A DNA stretch of 64,000 nucleotides from an uncultured Alphaproteobacteria bacterium (GTDB taxonomy: Bacteria; Pseudomonadota; Alphaproteobacteria; ATCC43930; CGMCC-115725). Under the pieces are notes generated by a model, which made no database searches, was not told the DNA's origin, and saw only the letters and a program-made list of their open reading frames with translations. The stretch's first letter is position 1, and each line of letters opens with the position of its first letter. Both the position numbers and the translations under genes were made by a program. Shown piece by piece: positions 48,834 through 61,960 of the stretch. The stretch spans positions 5,721 through 69,720 of the forward strand of contig CAVTLC010000048.1 in assembly GCA_963735445.1 (NCBI GenBank). The letters run 5' to 3'.

Positions 48834-49525
48834 CCGCTCCTGCCCAAACTCAGATCGTCTCACAGCGGAATGTGCAGCTGCATCCGCTGAGCCGCCGCAT
48901 CATGCACTGGATCAACGCTGGAGCGATCCTCGTGATGATCGGCAGCGGCTGGCGCATCTACAATTATTATCCGGCATTGCCGATCCATTTTGGCTTTCCG
49001 TTGAGCTGGACTTTAGGCGGCGATTTCCGGATCGACGAGGCAGTCAGCAACGAGGATGGTCTGGCAAACGCTCTGTTATGGCACTTCGCCGCGATGTGGG
49101 TTCTGGTATTGAATTTCCTCGCCTATGTCGTCATCGGTTTGGTTTCGGGGCATTTCCGCCGGGATTTTCTGCCGATTTCGGTGGGAGCTTTTTCTCGCGA
49201 CTTTTTTGCGGCACTGCGCGGACACCTCGGCCATCAGCTCGGCGAATACAATGCCGTGCAGAAGGTCTTTTACTGGGGTGTTCTGGCGGCCATTTTGGTT
49301 ACGATCCTCTCCGGGCTCAGTATCTGGAAGCCGGTGCAACTGCAGTGGCTGACCTGGTTGTTCGGAGGCTACGAATTTGCCCGGGTCGTGCACTTCTTTG
49401 GCATGGCGGCGATCGTCGGGTTTCTTGTCGTGCATCTGGCGCTGACGGCATTGGTGCCAAAGACTCTGGTCGCGATGGTCGTGGGTCGCGCCTCTGACAC
49501 GCCGCATCCGCGCGAGGGAGAATAG
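48830..49525 (+). CDS. membrane dihaem cytochrome b (cytochrome b561 / PhsC / Ni-Fe hydrogenase b-type family)
   Basis: The GTG at 48830 overlaps the upstream stop (GTGA). HPLSRRIMHWINAGAILVMIGSGWRIY, four TM helices with conserved His residues (HW, WHF, HFF..VVH). Confidence 0.8.
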   Translation: MTAPAQTQIVSQRNVQLHPLSRRIMHWINAGAILVMIGSGWRIYNYYPALPIHFGFPLSWTLGGDFRIDEAVSNEDGLANALLWHFAAMWVLVLNFLAYVVIGLVSGHFRRDFLPISVGAFSRDFFAALRGHLGHQLGEYNAVQKVFYWGVLAAILVTILSGLSIWKPVQLQWLTWLFGGYEFARVVHFFGMAAIVGFLVVHLALTALVPKTLVAMVVGRASDTPHPREGE

Positions 49526-49527
49526 CG

Positions 49528-50270
49528 ATGAGCCGTCTGGTCCTCGAGCGCAAACCGGTCGTGAACGCGATCGAGAGGCGAGTGTTTTTGCGCCAGACAT
49601 TAAGCCTCGGAGCGCTGACGTTGTTGACCGGTTGCGACGTATCCAATCACCGCAGCGTCCAAAATGTCCTGAAGGCGATGTCGCGGTGGAATGACCGCGC
49701 GCAGGCATTTCTGTTTAGCGATAAGAGGCTGGCGCCGACCTACTCGGAGAGCGATGTCGTTCGCGATTTCCGTTACAACGCCTTCTTCCCTGCTAGCGAT
49801 GCGCCGAAGCTTTTCTGCCGCCGATTATCGCCTCGAATTGTCCGGCCTGATTGCCGACAAGCGACCCTGGTCGGTCGAGCAGCTCTACACTCTGCCGCAA
49901 GAAAGCCAGATCACGCGCCACGTGTGCATCGAAGGGTGGAGCATGATCGGCAAGTGGAGCGGCCCGAAGCTGAGCGACTTTCTTGCAGCGGGTCGGGGCC
50001 GACCTTACCGCGAAATATGTCGGCTTTCAGTGCGCCGACGGCTATTATGGCAGTATCGACATGCCAACCGCCCTGCATCCCCAAACCATCATGGCCGTCA
50101 AATTCGCCGACGAGATACTGCCGGCTAAATACGGCTATCCGTTCAAGGTGCGCATCCCGACAAAACTCGGCTTTAAGAACCCGAAATGGGTGACGACAAT
50201 CTATGTCACCAATCGCTATCCGGGCGGGTTTTGGGAAGATCGCGGCTACAACTGGTTCAGCGGATCGTGA
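49528..50270 (+). pseudogene. molybdopterin-dependent oxidoreductase (sulfite-oxidase fold, YedY/MsrP-like), Tat-lipoprotein signal, two frameshifts
   Basis: ERRVFLRQTLSLGALTLLTGC (twin-Arg plus lipobox). HVCIEGWSMIGKWSGPKLSDFL. YVGFQCADGYYGSIDM...GYPFKVRIPTKLGFKNPKWVT. Frame changes at a T-run near 49812 and near 49985. Confidence 0.8.
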
Positions 50271-51082
50271 AGCCGAACGGTATTTCGCGTAAGGGCGGCT
50301 GCGCGATCGCGGTAATGGCCAAGGCTCCGGTGCCTGGCCAGGTCAAGACCCGGCTCGTCCCACCATTGACGCCAAGCATCGCCGCCGCGCTGAGTGCGGC
50401 GTTTCTGCGCGACGTCACCCGAAACATCACGCTCGCCGCTCGCGGCGCGAAAATATCCGGCTATGTCGCCTATGCACCGGCTGGCTCCGAAGCGTTGTTT
50501 GACGGAATGCTTGCCCAGGACACCCGTTTTGTCCTCGCGGACGGGGCAGCGGTAAGCGCGCCGCGTGTTCAGGGCTTTGGTCGGTGTTTGTTGCACGCAG
50601 CACAATCCTTGTTCGCCGATGGTCATCATTCGGTTTGCCTGTTGAACTCGGATAGTCCGAATTTGCCGACATCTCTGTTGTCGGAAGCGGCTCAGGTGCT
50701 TGCATTCGCGGGAGATCGCGTCGTCCTCGGTCCGGCCGAGGATGGCGGCTATTACCTGCTCGGGATGAAAGCGCCGCACCTGCACCTGTTTGAAGACATC
50801 GCCTGGAGCACGAGCAAGGTCGCCGCGCAGACCCGCGAACGGGCGGGAGCGCTCGGCCTGCCGGTCGTCGAGCTCGCCCCCTGGTATGATGTCGACGACG
50901 CGGTGGCGTTGCGTCGACTATGCCACGAACTGAACGCGCCATCGCGAGCCGGCCTCGATCCGTTTCGCGCGCCGGCGACGGCGGAATGCGTCGAGCGGCT
51001 GCGAATTCGCGAGCTGCTGACGGCGGAGCCAGGCGACAAATCGAGCGCATCCTGTCGGATCGAGGGAGCCAGTATTGCCTGA
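50267..51082 (+). CDS. DUF2064 (TIGR04282-type, CofC/MobA-like nucleotidyltransferase fold) protein
   Basis: The GTG at 50267 overlaps the upstream stop (GTGA). AVMAKAPVPGQVKTRL, LLNSDSPNLP, VLGPAEDGGYYLLG, IAWSTSKV, WYDVDD. Confidence 0.8.
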   Translation: MKPNGISRKGGCAIAVMAKAPVPGQVKTRLVPPLTPSIAAALSAAFLRDVTRNITLAARGAKISGYVAYAPAGSEALFDGMLAQDTRFVLADGAAVSAPRVQGFGRCLLHAAQSLFADGHHSVCLLNSDSPNLPTSLLSEAAQVLAFAGDRVVLGPAEDGGYYLLGMKAPHLHLFEDIAWSTSKVAAQTRERAGALGLPVVELAPWYDVDDAVALRRLCHELNAPSRAGLDPFRAPATAECVERLRIRELLTAEPGDKSSASCRIEGASIA

Positions 51083-52127
51083 GATCACACCAATCGTGGC
51101 CCGCCGCTATTTCGAGTTAGTAGACGAAAAGCGTTCGCCGATCGCCGAGGCGCCGCCGGTCTGCGTCTACCTCGAGGTCACCAACCGCTGCAATTTATTG
51201 TGCGAGACCTGCCCGCGCACATTCGAGGAATTGGAGCCGCCGGCGGATATGAGCTGGGAGCTCTTCACGTCGATCGTCGACCAGCTACCCGGCCTCACCC
51301 GCGCAGTCCTGCACGGCGTCGGCGAGCCGATGATGGTCAAAAATTTGCCGCGCATGATCCGCTATCTGAAACAGCGCGGTGTTTACGTTCTGTTTAACAC
51401 CAATGGCACATTGCTGGCGCCGCGCAAGCGTGGCGAGATCATCGATACCGGTCTCGACGAGTTGCGGGTGTCGCTCGATGCTGCCGAGGCGCAAAGCTTC
51501 TTCAAGGTCCGGGGCAAGAATTTCTTCGACCGCATTGTCCGCAACGTCGGCGAGTTCATAGCACTGCAGAAAGAGATCGGAGCCTCGACCCCGCGGGTTT
51601 CATTGTGGCTGACCGGCCTCAAGGAAACGGTAGAGCAACTGCCGGATTTTGTCAGGCTCGCGGCTCGGATCGGGGTTGGTGAAGTCTATTTACAGCGCCT
51701 GGTCTTTGACGATCTCGGCCGCGGGCTGGCGCGCGAAGAGTCGTCGTTGTTCGCCAAAACCCAGCGCGAGGAAGAGGAGGCAATCGCCGCGGCACAGGCG
51801 CTCGGACGCGAGCTTGGCGTCACGATCGATGCCTCGGGCGCGACCGAGCCCGGCGCCAGTCTGAAGCGCGCAGAGGAAAACGCGCCATGGTCGGGCTGTC
51901 GCCGCCCGTGGTCGCTGATGTACTTCACCGCACATGGCCGCGCGTTGCCATGCTGCATTGCGCCGTTTTCCGCGCGCGGCTACGAGACCTACACCCTCGG
52001 CAATGCAACCCAAGAGACCTTGCGCGAGATCTGGAACGGCAGCGCGTACCAGGATTTTCGCGCCGCTTTGGTGGGCGATACGCCGCCGAAACCGTGCCAG
52101 AATTGCGGTTTGCGATGGAGCCTGTAG
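51075..52127 (+). CDS. radical SAM enzyme with a C-terminal SPASM-type Cys-rich domain
   Basis: CX3CX2C in VTNRCNLLCETCPR. GEPMM (GGE-like) and NTNGTLL. C-terminal CRRPW...LPCCIAPF...CQNCG. TTG start with upstream GGGAG, overlapping the upstream gene by 8 nt. Confidence 0.85.
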   Translation: MPEITPIVARRYFELVDEKRSPIAEAPPVCVYLEVTNRCNLLCETCPRTFEELEPPADMSWELFTSIVDQLPGLTRAVLHGVGEPMMVKNLPRMIRYLKQRGVYVLFNTNGTLLAPRKRGEIIDTGLDELRVSLDAAEAQSFFKVRGKNFFDRIVRNVGEFIALQKEIGASTPRVSLWLTGLKETVEQLPDFVRLAARIGVGEVYLQRLVFDDLGRGLAREESSLFAKTQREEEEAIAAAQALGRELGVTIDASGATEPGASLKRAEENAPWSGCRRPWSLMYFTAHGRALPCCIAPFSARGYETYTLGNATQETLREIWNGSAYQDFRAALVGDTPPKPCQNCGLRWSL

Positions 52128-52855
52128 CCGCTGCTGTCGTCATCCCGACCTTCAACGAAGCTCAATCAATCAAAGGAGTCGTTGCGGAGATCCCGCGCGA
52201 GTTGGCGAGCGAGATCATCGTCGTCGATGGCGGCAGCGATGACGGCACCCAATCAATAGCGGCGAGCGCCGGCGCACGTGTCATCTCGGTGGGCGCTCGG
52301 GGATATGGCCGCGCCTGCATGGCCGGCGTCGCGGCAGCATCCTCCGAATGCGGCATCATCGTGTTTATGGATGGCGATGGCGCCGATCGCGGTGATCTGA
52401 TGATGCGGCTCGTCGAGCCGATCCGGCGCGGCGAATATGATTTCGTTATCGCTTCGCGCGCCCGCGGCGAACGCGAGCCAGGCGCCATGAGCTGGCACCA
52501 GCTATTGGCCGGTTATCTCGCCGGGCTCGGCACCAAGGCGCTATACGGCGTGCGCTACACCGATATGTGCGCTTATCGCGCGATCCGCCGCGACTGTCTC
52601 GAACGCCTGGGTATGCGCGAAATGACCTACGGCTGGAACATCGAGATGCAGATGCGAGCGGCGCGCGCCGGATTGCGTATTCTCGAACTGCCGATGCCAT
52701 ATCGCCGGCGCAGCGGCGGCGCCTCTAAGGTTGCGGGCTCATTGCGCGGTTCGCTGCGAGCTGCGGTGCGGATCGTCGCTACTTTTGCTCGAGTCGCCAC
52801 GGCCCCAAGCGATAATGATCAATTGCGGTCGCGCACACCGTCCGCTGCTCGATAA
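52115..52855 (+). CDS. GT2 glycosyltransferase (soluble DPM1/Ppm1-like polyprenyl-phosphate sugar synthase type)
   Basis: VVIPTFNEAQSI, IIVVDGGSDDGT, VFMDGDGADRGD, YGWNIEMQ. The ATG at 52115 overlaps the rSAM gene by 13 nt. Confidence 0.85.
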   Translation: MEPVAAAVVIPTFNEAQSIKGVVAEIPRELASEIIVVDGGSDDGTQSIAASAGARVISVGARGYGRACMAGVAAASSECGIIVFMDGDGADRGDLMMRLVEPIRRGEYDFVIASRARGEREPGAMSWHQLLAGYLAGLGTKALYGVRYTDMCAYRAIRRDCLERLGMREMTYGWNIEMQMRAARAGLRILELPMPYRRRSGGASKVAGSLRGSLRAAVRIVATFARVATAPSDNDQLRSRTPSAAR

Positions 52856-54812
52856 ATCCGCCAGCGCCCTGCCCTCTCTTCGACCAGGCGGAAATAGCCG
52901 CTCATTGCGAAGACGTCACGGCGCCATGCGCCGTCGCTCGGGGTCACCACAACAACACGGCAATCGAAGCGAGCAACAAGATCCCTGACTTCCTCCGGCG
53001 AGGCGTCGCCGGCGAATATGCGTTTGAACAAGGCGCTGATCCGGTCGATCTCGGGACCCGGCAATGGCACAAAGGCGCGCGCCAAATTCCAGCCGGCGTA
53101 GCAGGAGCGGCGATCCGCCAGTAATGCCCAGGAAAGATTGACGGGCCAGCGCACGCTGTCGGCGAGGAATGAGGGATTGTTGGCGACGCGCTCTGCTGGT
53201 GCAGTGTGGCGGCGGACGGCGGCCCAGAGTTCCGGAGCGCCGGCAAAGATTGGCGCTGACGGCGAGTGCAGGCCGGTCGCATTCTCTTGGATTATCCGCA
53301 GACCGCCGGGAATACCAAGTACCCAGAATGCGACGCCTGCGATGGCGAGGCTGCGCCTGGTCGGAATCCAGCACGCGAGGCCCGCGGCGGCGAAGATCGT
53401 CAGGACGAGGATACCGGGCAGCACGCCCCGCCAGCCGAGATCATTGTTCGCAATTGTGCTGGCGAAGAGCCAGGGAACCGCGAAGCTCGCAAGAGCGAGC
53501 AGGGCAAGCCCGACAGCAAATCTCTGTTCGGCGAGCGCCCTTCCCTTCTCGGCAATTCTTTCGGAAATGGCCCAGAGCCCCGGTGAAATAAATTGCCGGA
53601 AACTCGATCACCGTAAGGATCAGCCAAAAGGCAAGCAGGTTCAGATATGGCCGGACCGCTGCCGGAATGATCGGACCCAGCACCGCGAATGGGTGAAAGG
53701 CAATCGGAGCCCCCGCCCCCCGGGCCGCGGTTGCGAAAAACTGGTCGCGCAAGAAAGGAAACGCGATTGCCACCGCAAGAACGACCGCCAGCGTCCCCTT
53801 AAAGAGGAGGTCGACCCGAGCTCGACCGTCTTCGGCCATGACCAGGAGAGCGATGGTAATCGGCAGCGCCGCCGCGGCAAAGATGACGCCGCCCACCCAG
53901 GCAGAGCTTTCGAACGCAGCGGCTGCGACGACCGCCAGCAGCGGCGCGATCAGCCAATCGCGTGAGACGGCTAGTCGGGACAAGAGTAGCACCGCCACCA
54001 CGACGCAGCCTGCCGAAGCCAAGTGCTGTGGCGCCCAGCTCGCCTGAAATATCCAGCTTTCCGGCCATTGAGTTTGGGCCAGCACGCGGTCGAGGACGGT
54101 GGCGGGAAGTGCCCAGCCGAGCGCGGGTTTCAGCGATGCGGAGAGGCTGAGCAACACCACCAAGAATGCCGCGATTGTCCGTCCTGCGAACCAGACCGCG
54201 AGCCCGATCATCAGGCACAGCGAGGCGAAAGCGGTGAACCAGGTCAGCGCGATATCGGCTTCCCACCCGCTGGCGCCAAACAATAGTGGCCGGGATCGCA
54301 GCGCTGAAGTGCCACAGGTAGTAGTAAACGAGGCGCGGCCCACTGCCGGCAAAAAACGGATTGCCCGGTGGTAGTCCCAAGCGGATGATGTCGTCGATAA
54401 TGGCCGCTTTCGAGTGGTCGAACATCGCTTCGCTGAGAACTATTCCCCCGGCGCCGAATTTCGGCCAAACCGCAAGCGCCGGTACGACGGCGAGTAATGC
54501 CGCAGCGGCGAGGACCAACACCGAAACACCAACCGGACGGGGTTCCACCACTGGCGGCCGCTGCCGCCGAGATACCGCGAGGCCTCCAAGGACCGCAGCG
54601 CCGGAAAGCATCGCCACGGTGGCGCGCGTAAAGCTGGTCGCTGTCAGGATCGGCAACGCCAGTGCATTAAAGACGGCCCATCCCGCGGCTGGCGCCAGCA
54701 CCAGAGCCACGACGCGAGGCGCAGCGATGCGGCGCATTACCGCCCATCCCACGCAAAAGCTGATCACCAGCTCCGCAACAGCGCAGAGCAACACAACAGG
54801 AAAGGATGGCAT
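52819..54812 (-). pseudogene. large polytopic membrane protein, GT-C-like putative glycosyltransferase, two frameshifts
   Basis: Three ORF pieces (53799..54812, 53441..54352, 52819..53424 plus upstream) join into about 660 aa with more than 12 TM segments, a PPGNPFFAG...LVYYYLWHF loop motif and a soluble C-terminal domain of about 130 aa. Shifts lie near 54285 and at a C4/G4 run at 53578-53581. The 3' end overlaps the GT2 gene by 37 nt. Confidence 0.65.
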
Positions 54813-55097
54813 GAGAAATAGAAAGAACCTGGAATGGGGATGAGCTCGAAATCACCTCTTTCGTCGCAGGGCGCAGGCCGGCATATCGCTGTGGTCGTCC
54901 GGTGCGGTCGCCGACCTCGTGAAACGCCCGCTACTCGCGCCGGTTGTTTAGTGAAGGGTGTTCGCTCGCGGTGACAGGCGAACGCGCGATTAAGCCTCGA
55001 TTCGCACGCGCGGACATGTCTATTATTAGTTTGCCGCGAGCGTTCACCGATGCGCCGCGACGACTCGTGAAACTAGTTCAGGTGAAGAGCATCCGAA

Positions 55098-59768
<4,671 letters not shown>

Positions 59769-60007
59769 GGCGGCGAGGACCTCATCGCTGTAGGCCGCTC
59801 CGGCGCGCCAAGTCGGAAAGATCTTTGTCGAGGAGCGTGGCCCTCCCCGACAACGCTCCGCGCCGATGAAATTATTGAATAAGTCTGGAGTGGGTGTCGG
59901 TGACACCTGTCATGCTCGCGGTTGATCCGGTGGCGAAATCGGACAATATTGCGATATGTCAGCAATGTTGACCGGCCCGCCTGGGACGGAATGCCAAGGA
60001 CTAACCG

Positions 60008-61459
60008 ATGGGTAGACCGACGGGCTTTCTCGAAATCGAGCGCCGCGACCGGCCTTACGACAAGCCGGAGCTTCGCCGCAGCAACTGGAACGAGTTCGTC
60101 AAGCCGCTACCCGAGCCCGAAACGCGCAAACAGGCTGCCCGCTGCATGGATTGCGGCATCCCGTTCTGCCACGACGGCTGCCCGGTCAACAATCTAATCC
60201 CAAACTGGAACGATCTGGTCTATCGCGACCAATGGCAGACCGCACTGAAGGCGCTGCATTCGACCAATAATTTCCCGGAATTCACCGGCCGCATCTGCCC
60301 GGCGCCGTGCGAGGCGGCGTGCACGCTCAATATCGATGACAACCCGGTGACGATCAAGACTATCGAATGCGCGATTGTCGATCGCGGCTGGCAGGAGGGC
60401 TGGATCGAGCCATTGCTCCCAGCGCGGCGAACCGGCAAGAGCGTTGCGGTTGTCGGTTCGGGTCCGGCTGGCCTCGCCTGCGCCCAGCAATTGGCTCGGG
60501 CCGGGCACGCCGTTACTCTATTTGAAAAGGCTGACCGCATTGGTGGGCTGCTGCGCTATGGCATTCCCGATTTCAAGATGGACAAATCGCTTATTGACCG
60601 CCGCATCGCGCAAATGACCGCGGAAGGGGTTGCGTTTCGCACCGAAACTGAAATCGGCGCCGATGTCGCAATGGCAGCGCTGTTGGAGCAATTTGATGCA
60701 GTGGCGATGACCGGCGGCGCTGAGGCCGCCCGCGATCTCGGCGTGCCGGGCAGTGATCTCGACGGCGTCCATTTCGCAATGGATTATCTGCCGCAGCAAA
60801 ACAAGCGGAATGCCGGTGACGACGAGAGCCGCGCTGCCCCCAACGGCACGATCTCCGCCACCGGAAAGCACGTCATCGTTATTGGAGGCGGCGATACCGG
60901 TTCGGACTGCATCGGCACTGCAGTGCGCCAGCGCGCTGCCTCGATTACCCAGCTCGAAATCCTGCCAAAGCCGCCGGAACGTGAGAATAAGGCGCTCACT
61001 TGGCCCGACTGGCCGATGAAATTGCGCACCTCATCGTCGCAGGAAGAGGGCTGCGATCGGGACTGGGCAGTACTGACAAAGCGGGCATTGGGCGAAAATG
61101 GCCGCGTCACGGCTCTCGAATGCGTACGGGTCGATTGGGTTAAGAACCCCGACGGCCGCTTTGTGATGCATGAGATACCCGGCAGCGGCTTCACGTTGAA
61201 AGCCGATTTGGTGTTATTGGCGATGGGCTTTGTCGGTCCGGTCAAAACCGGCATGATCGAGCAATCAGGTGTCGCATTGGATCCACGCGGCAATGTTCTC
61301 GCCAATACGGTCGACTACCGCACTTCAACGCCCAAATTATTTGCCGCCGGCGATATGCGGCGTGGCCAGTCGCTCGTCGTCTGGGCCATCCGCGAAGGCC
61401 GCCAGTGCGCCCGCGCTATCGACGAATTTCTGATGGGTTCGAGTCTGCTGCCACGCTGA
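60008..61459 (+). CDS. gltD: glutamate synthase small subunit (NADPH)
   Basis: 483 aa. Fe-S Cys clusters (CMDCGIPFC...CPVNN; CPAPCEAAC) and the dinucleotide fold [29 protein letters not shown]. Confidence 0.95.
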   Translation: MGRPTGFLEIERRDRPYDKPELRRSNWNEFVKPLPEPETRKQAARCMDCGIPFCHDGCPVNNLIPNWNDLVYRDQWQTALKALHSTNNFPEFTGRICPAPCEAACTLNIDDNPVTIKTIECAIVDRGWQEGWIEPLLPARRTGKSVAVVGSGPAGLACAQQLARAGHAVTLFEKADRIGGLLRYGIPDFKMDKSLIDRRIAQMTAEGVAFRTETEIGADVAMAALLEQFDAVAMTGGAEAARDLGVPGSDLDGVHFAMDYLPQQNKRNAGDDESRAAPNGTISATGKHVIVIGGGDTGSDCIGTAVRQRAASITQLEILPKPPERENKALTWPDWPMKLRTSSSQEEGCDRDWAVLTKRALGENGRVTALECVRVDWVKNPDGRFVMHEIPGSGFTLKADLVLLAMGFVGPVKTGMIEQSGVALDPRGNVLANTVDYRTSTPKLFAAGDMRRGQSLVVWAIREGRQCARAIDEFLMGSSLLPR

Positions 61460-61617
61460 GGTTATTGTGGCATTCGGCTTGAAAAATCTGGTTGAAAACA
61501 TACCGGATCAAGCGGATCTCCGTACGGCGCGCTCCTAGCGGTGGGACAACCGGCATTTATCAGTGATGCACGTGACCCCGACAAGCCTCCGGTCGCGGGC
61601 TTAAGCCACCCTGAGAG

Positions 61618-61870
61618 TCAGATGTTGTCTTCGTCGCCGGTCCATCCCGCGTCTTCGATCGGGCTGACGAGGTCACCGCAAATCGTGGCCGTTCCGGCCA
61701 TGCGCCCAAAGATGTCTATGCCCTCCTCCATCGGCGATCGGCTTGTCCTGTTTGGTTATGATGATCACACGGCGCTGCCGTACTATTTGATCAGGTAATC
61801 GCAGGCAATCGGCCTCGCAGTCGGCTATTGAAATCCGCTCGATTTTCTCCTCGATGTGCTTGATCCATGC
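61618..61870 (-). pseudogene. decayed orphan Phd/YefM-type antitoxin gene
   Basis: Minus-strand reading gives ..ERISIADCEADCLRLPDQIVRQRRVIIITKQDKPIA. After a frame change it reads MEEGIDIFGRMAGTATICGDLVSPIEDAGWTGDEDNI*, which resembles antitoxin cores (ITK.GKPVA ... G.i.i.GDIvsP...W). There is no clear start codon and no toxin ORF downstream. Confidence 0.4.
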
Positions 61871-61960
61871 CCAGTTTCCCGTCCATGTAGTCACGACGTG
61901 ATGTGCCGGCGAGCACAGCAGCGGTGGGACCATCAGCGGCGAGCTCGGCAGGAGAAACGG

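Noticed and set aside
32237-51082. Possible functional link between the F420-type LLM oxidoreductase (32237..33088) and the CofC-like DUF2064 protein (50267..51082), as hidden F420-related chemistry
   Set aside because: The genes are 17 kb apart in different operons. The F420 assignment rests only on a remembered subfamily resemblance. DUF2064 is merely fold-related to CofC. No other cof/fbi genes are visible.
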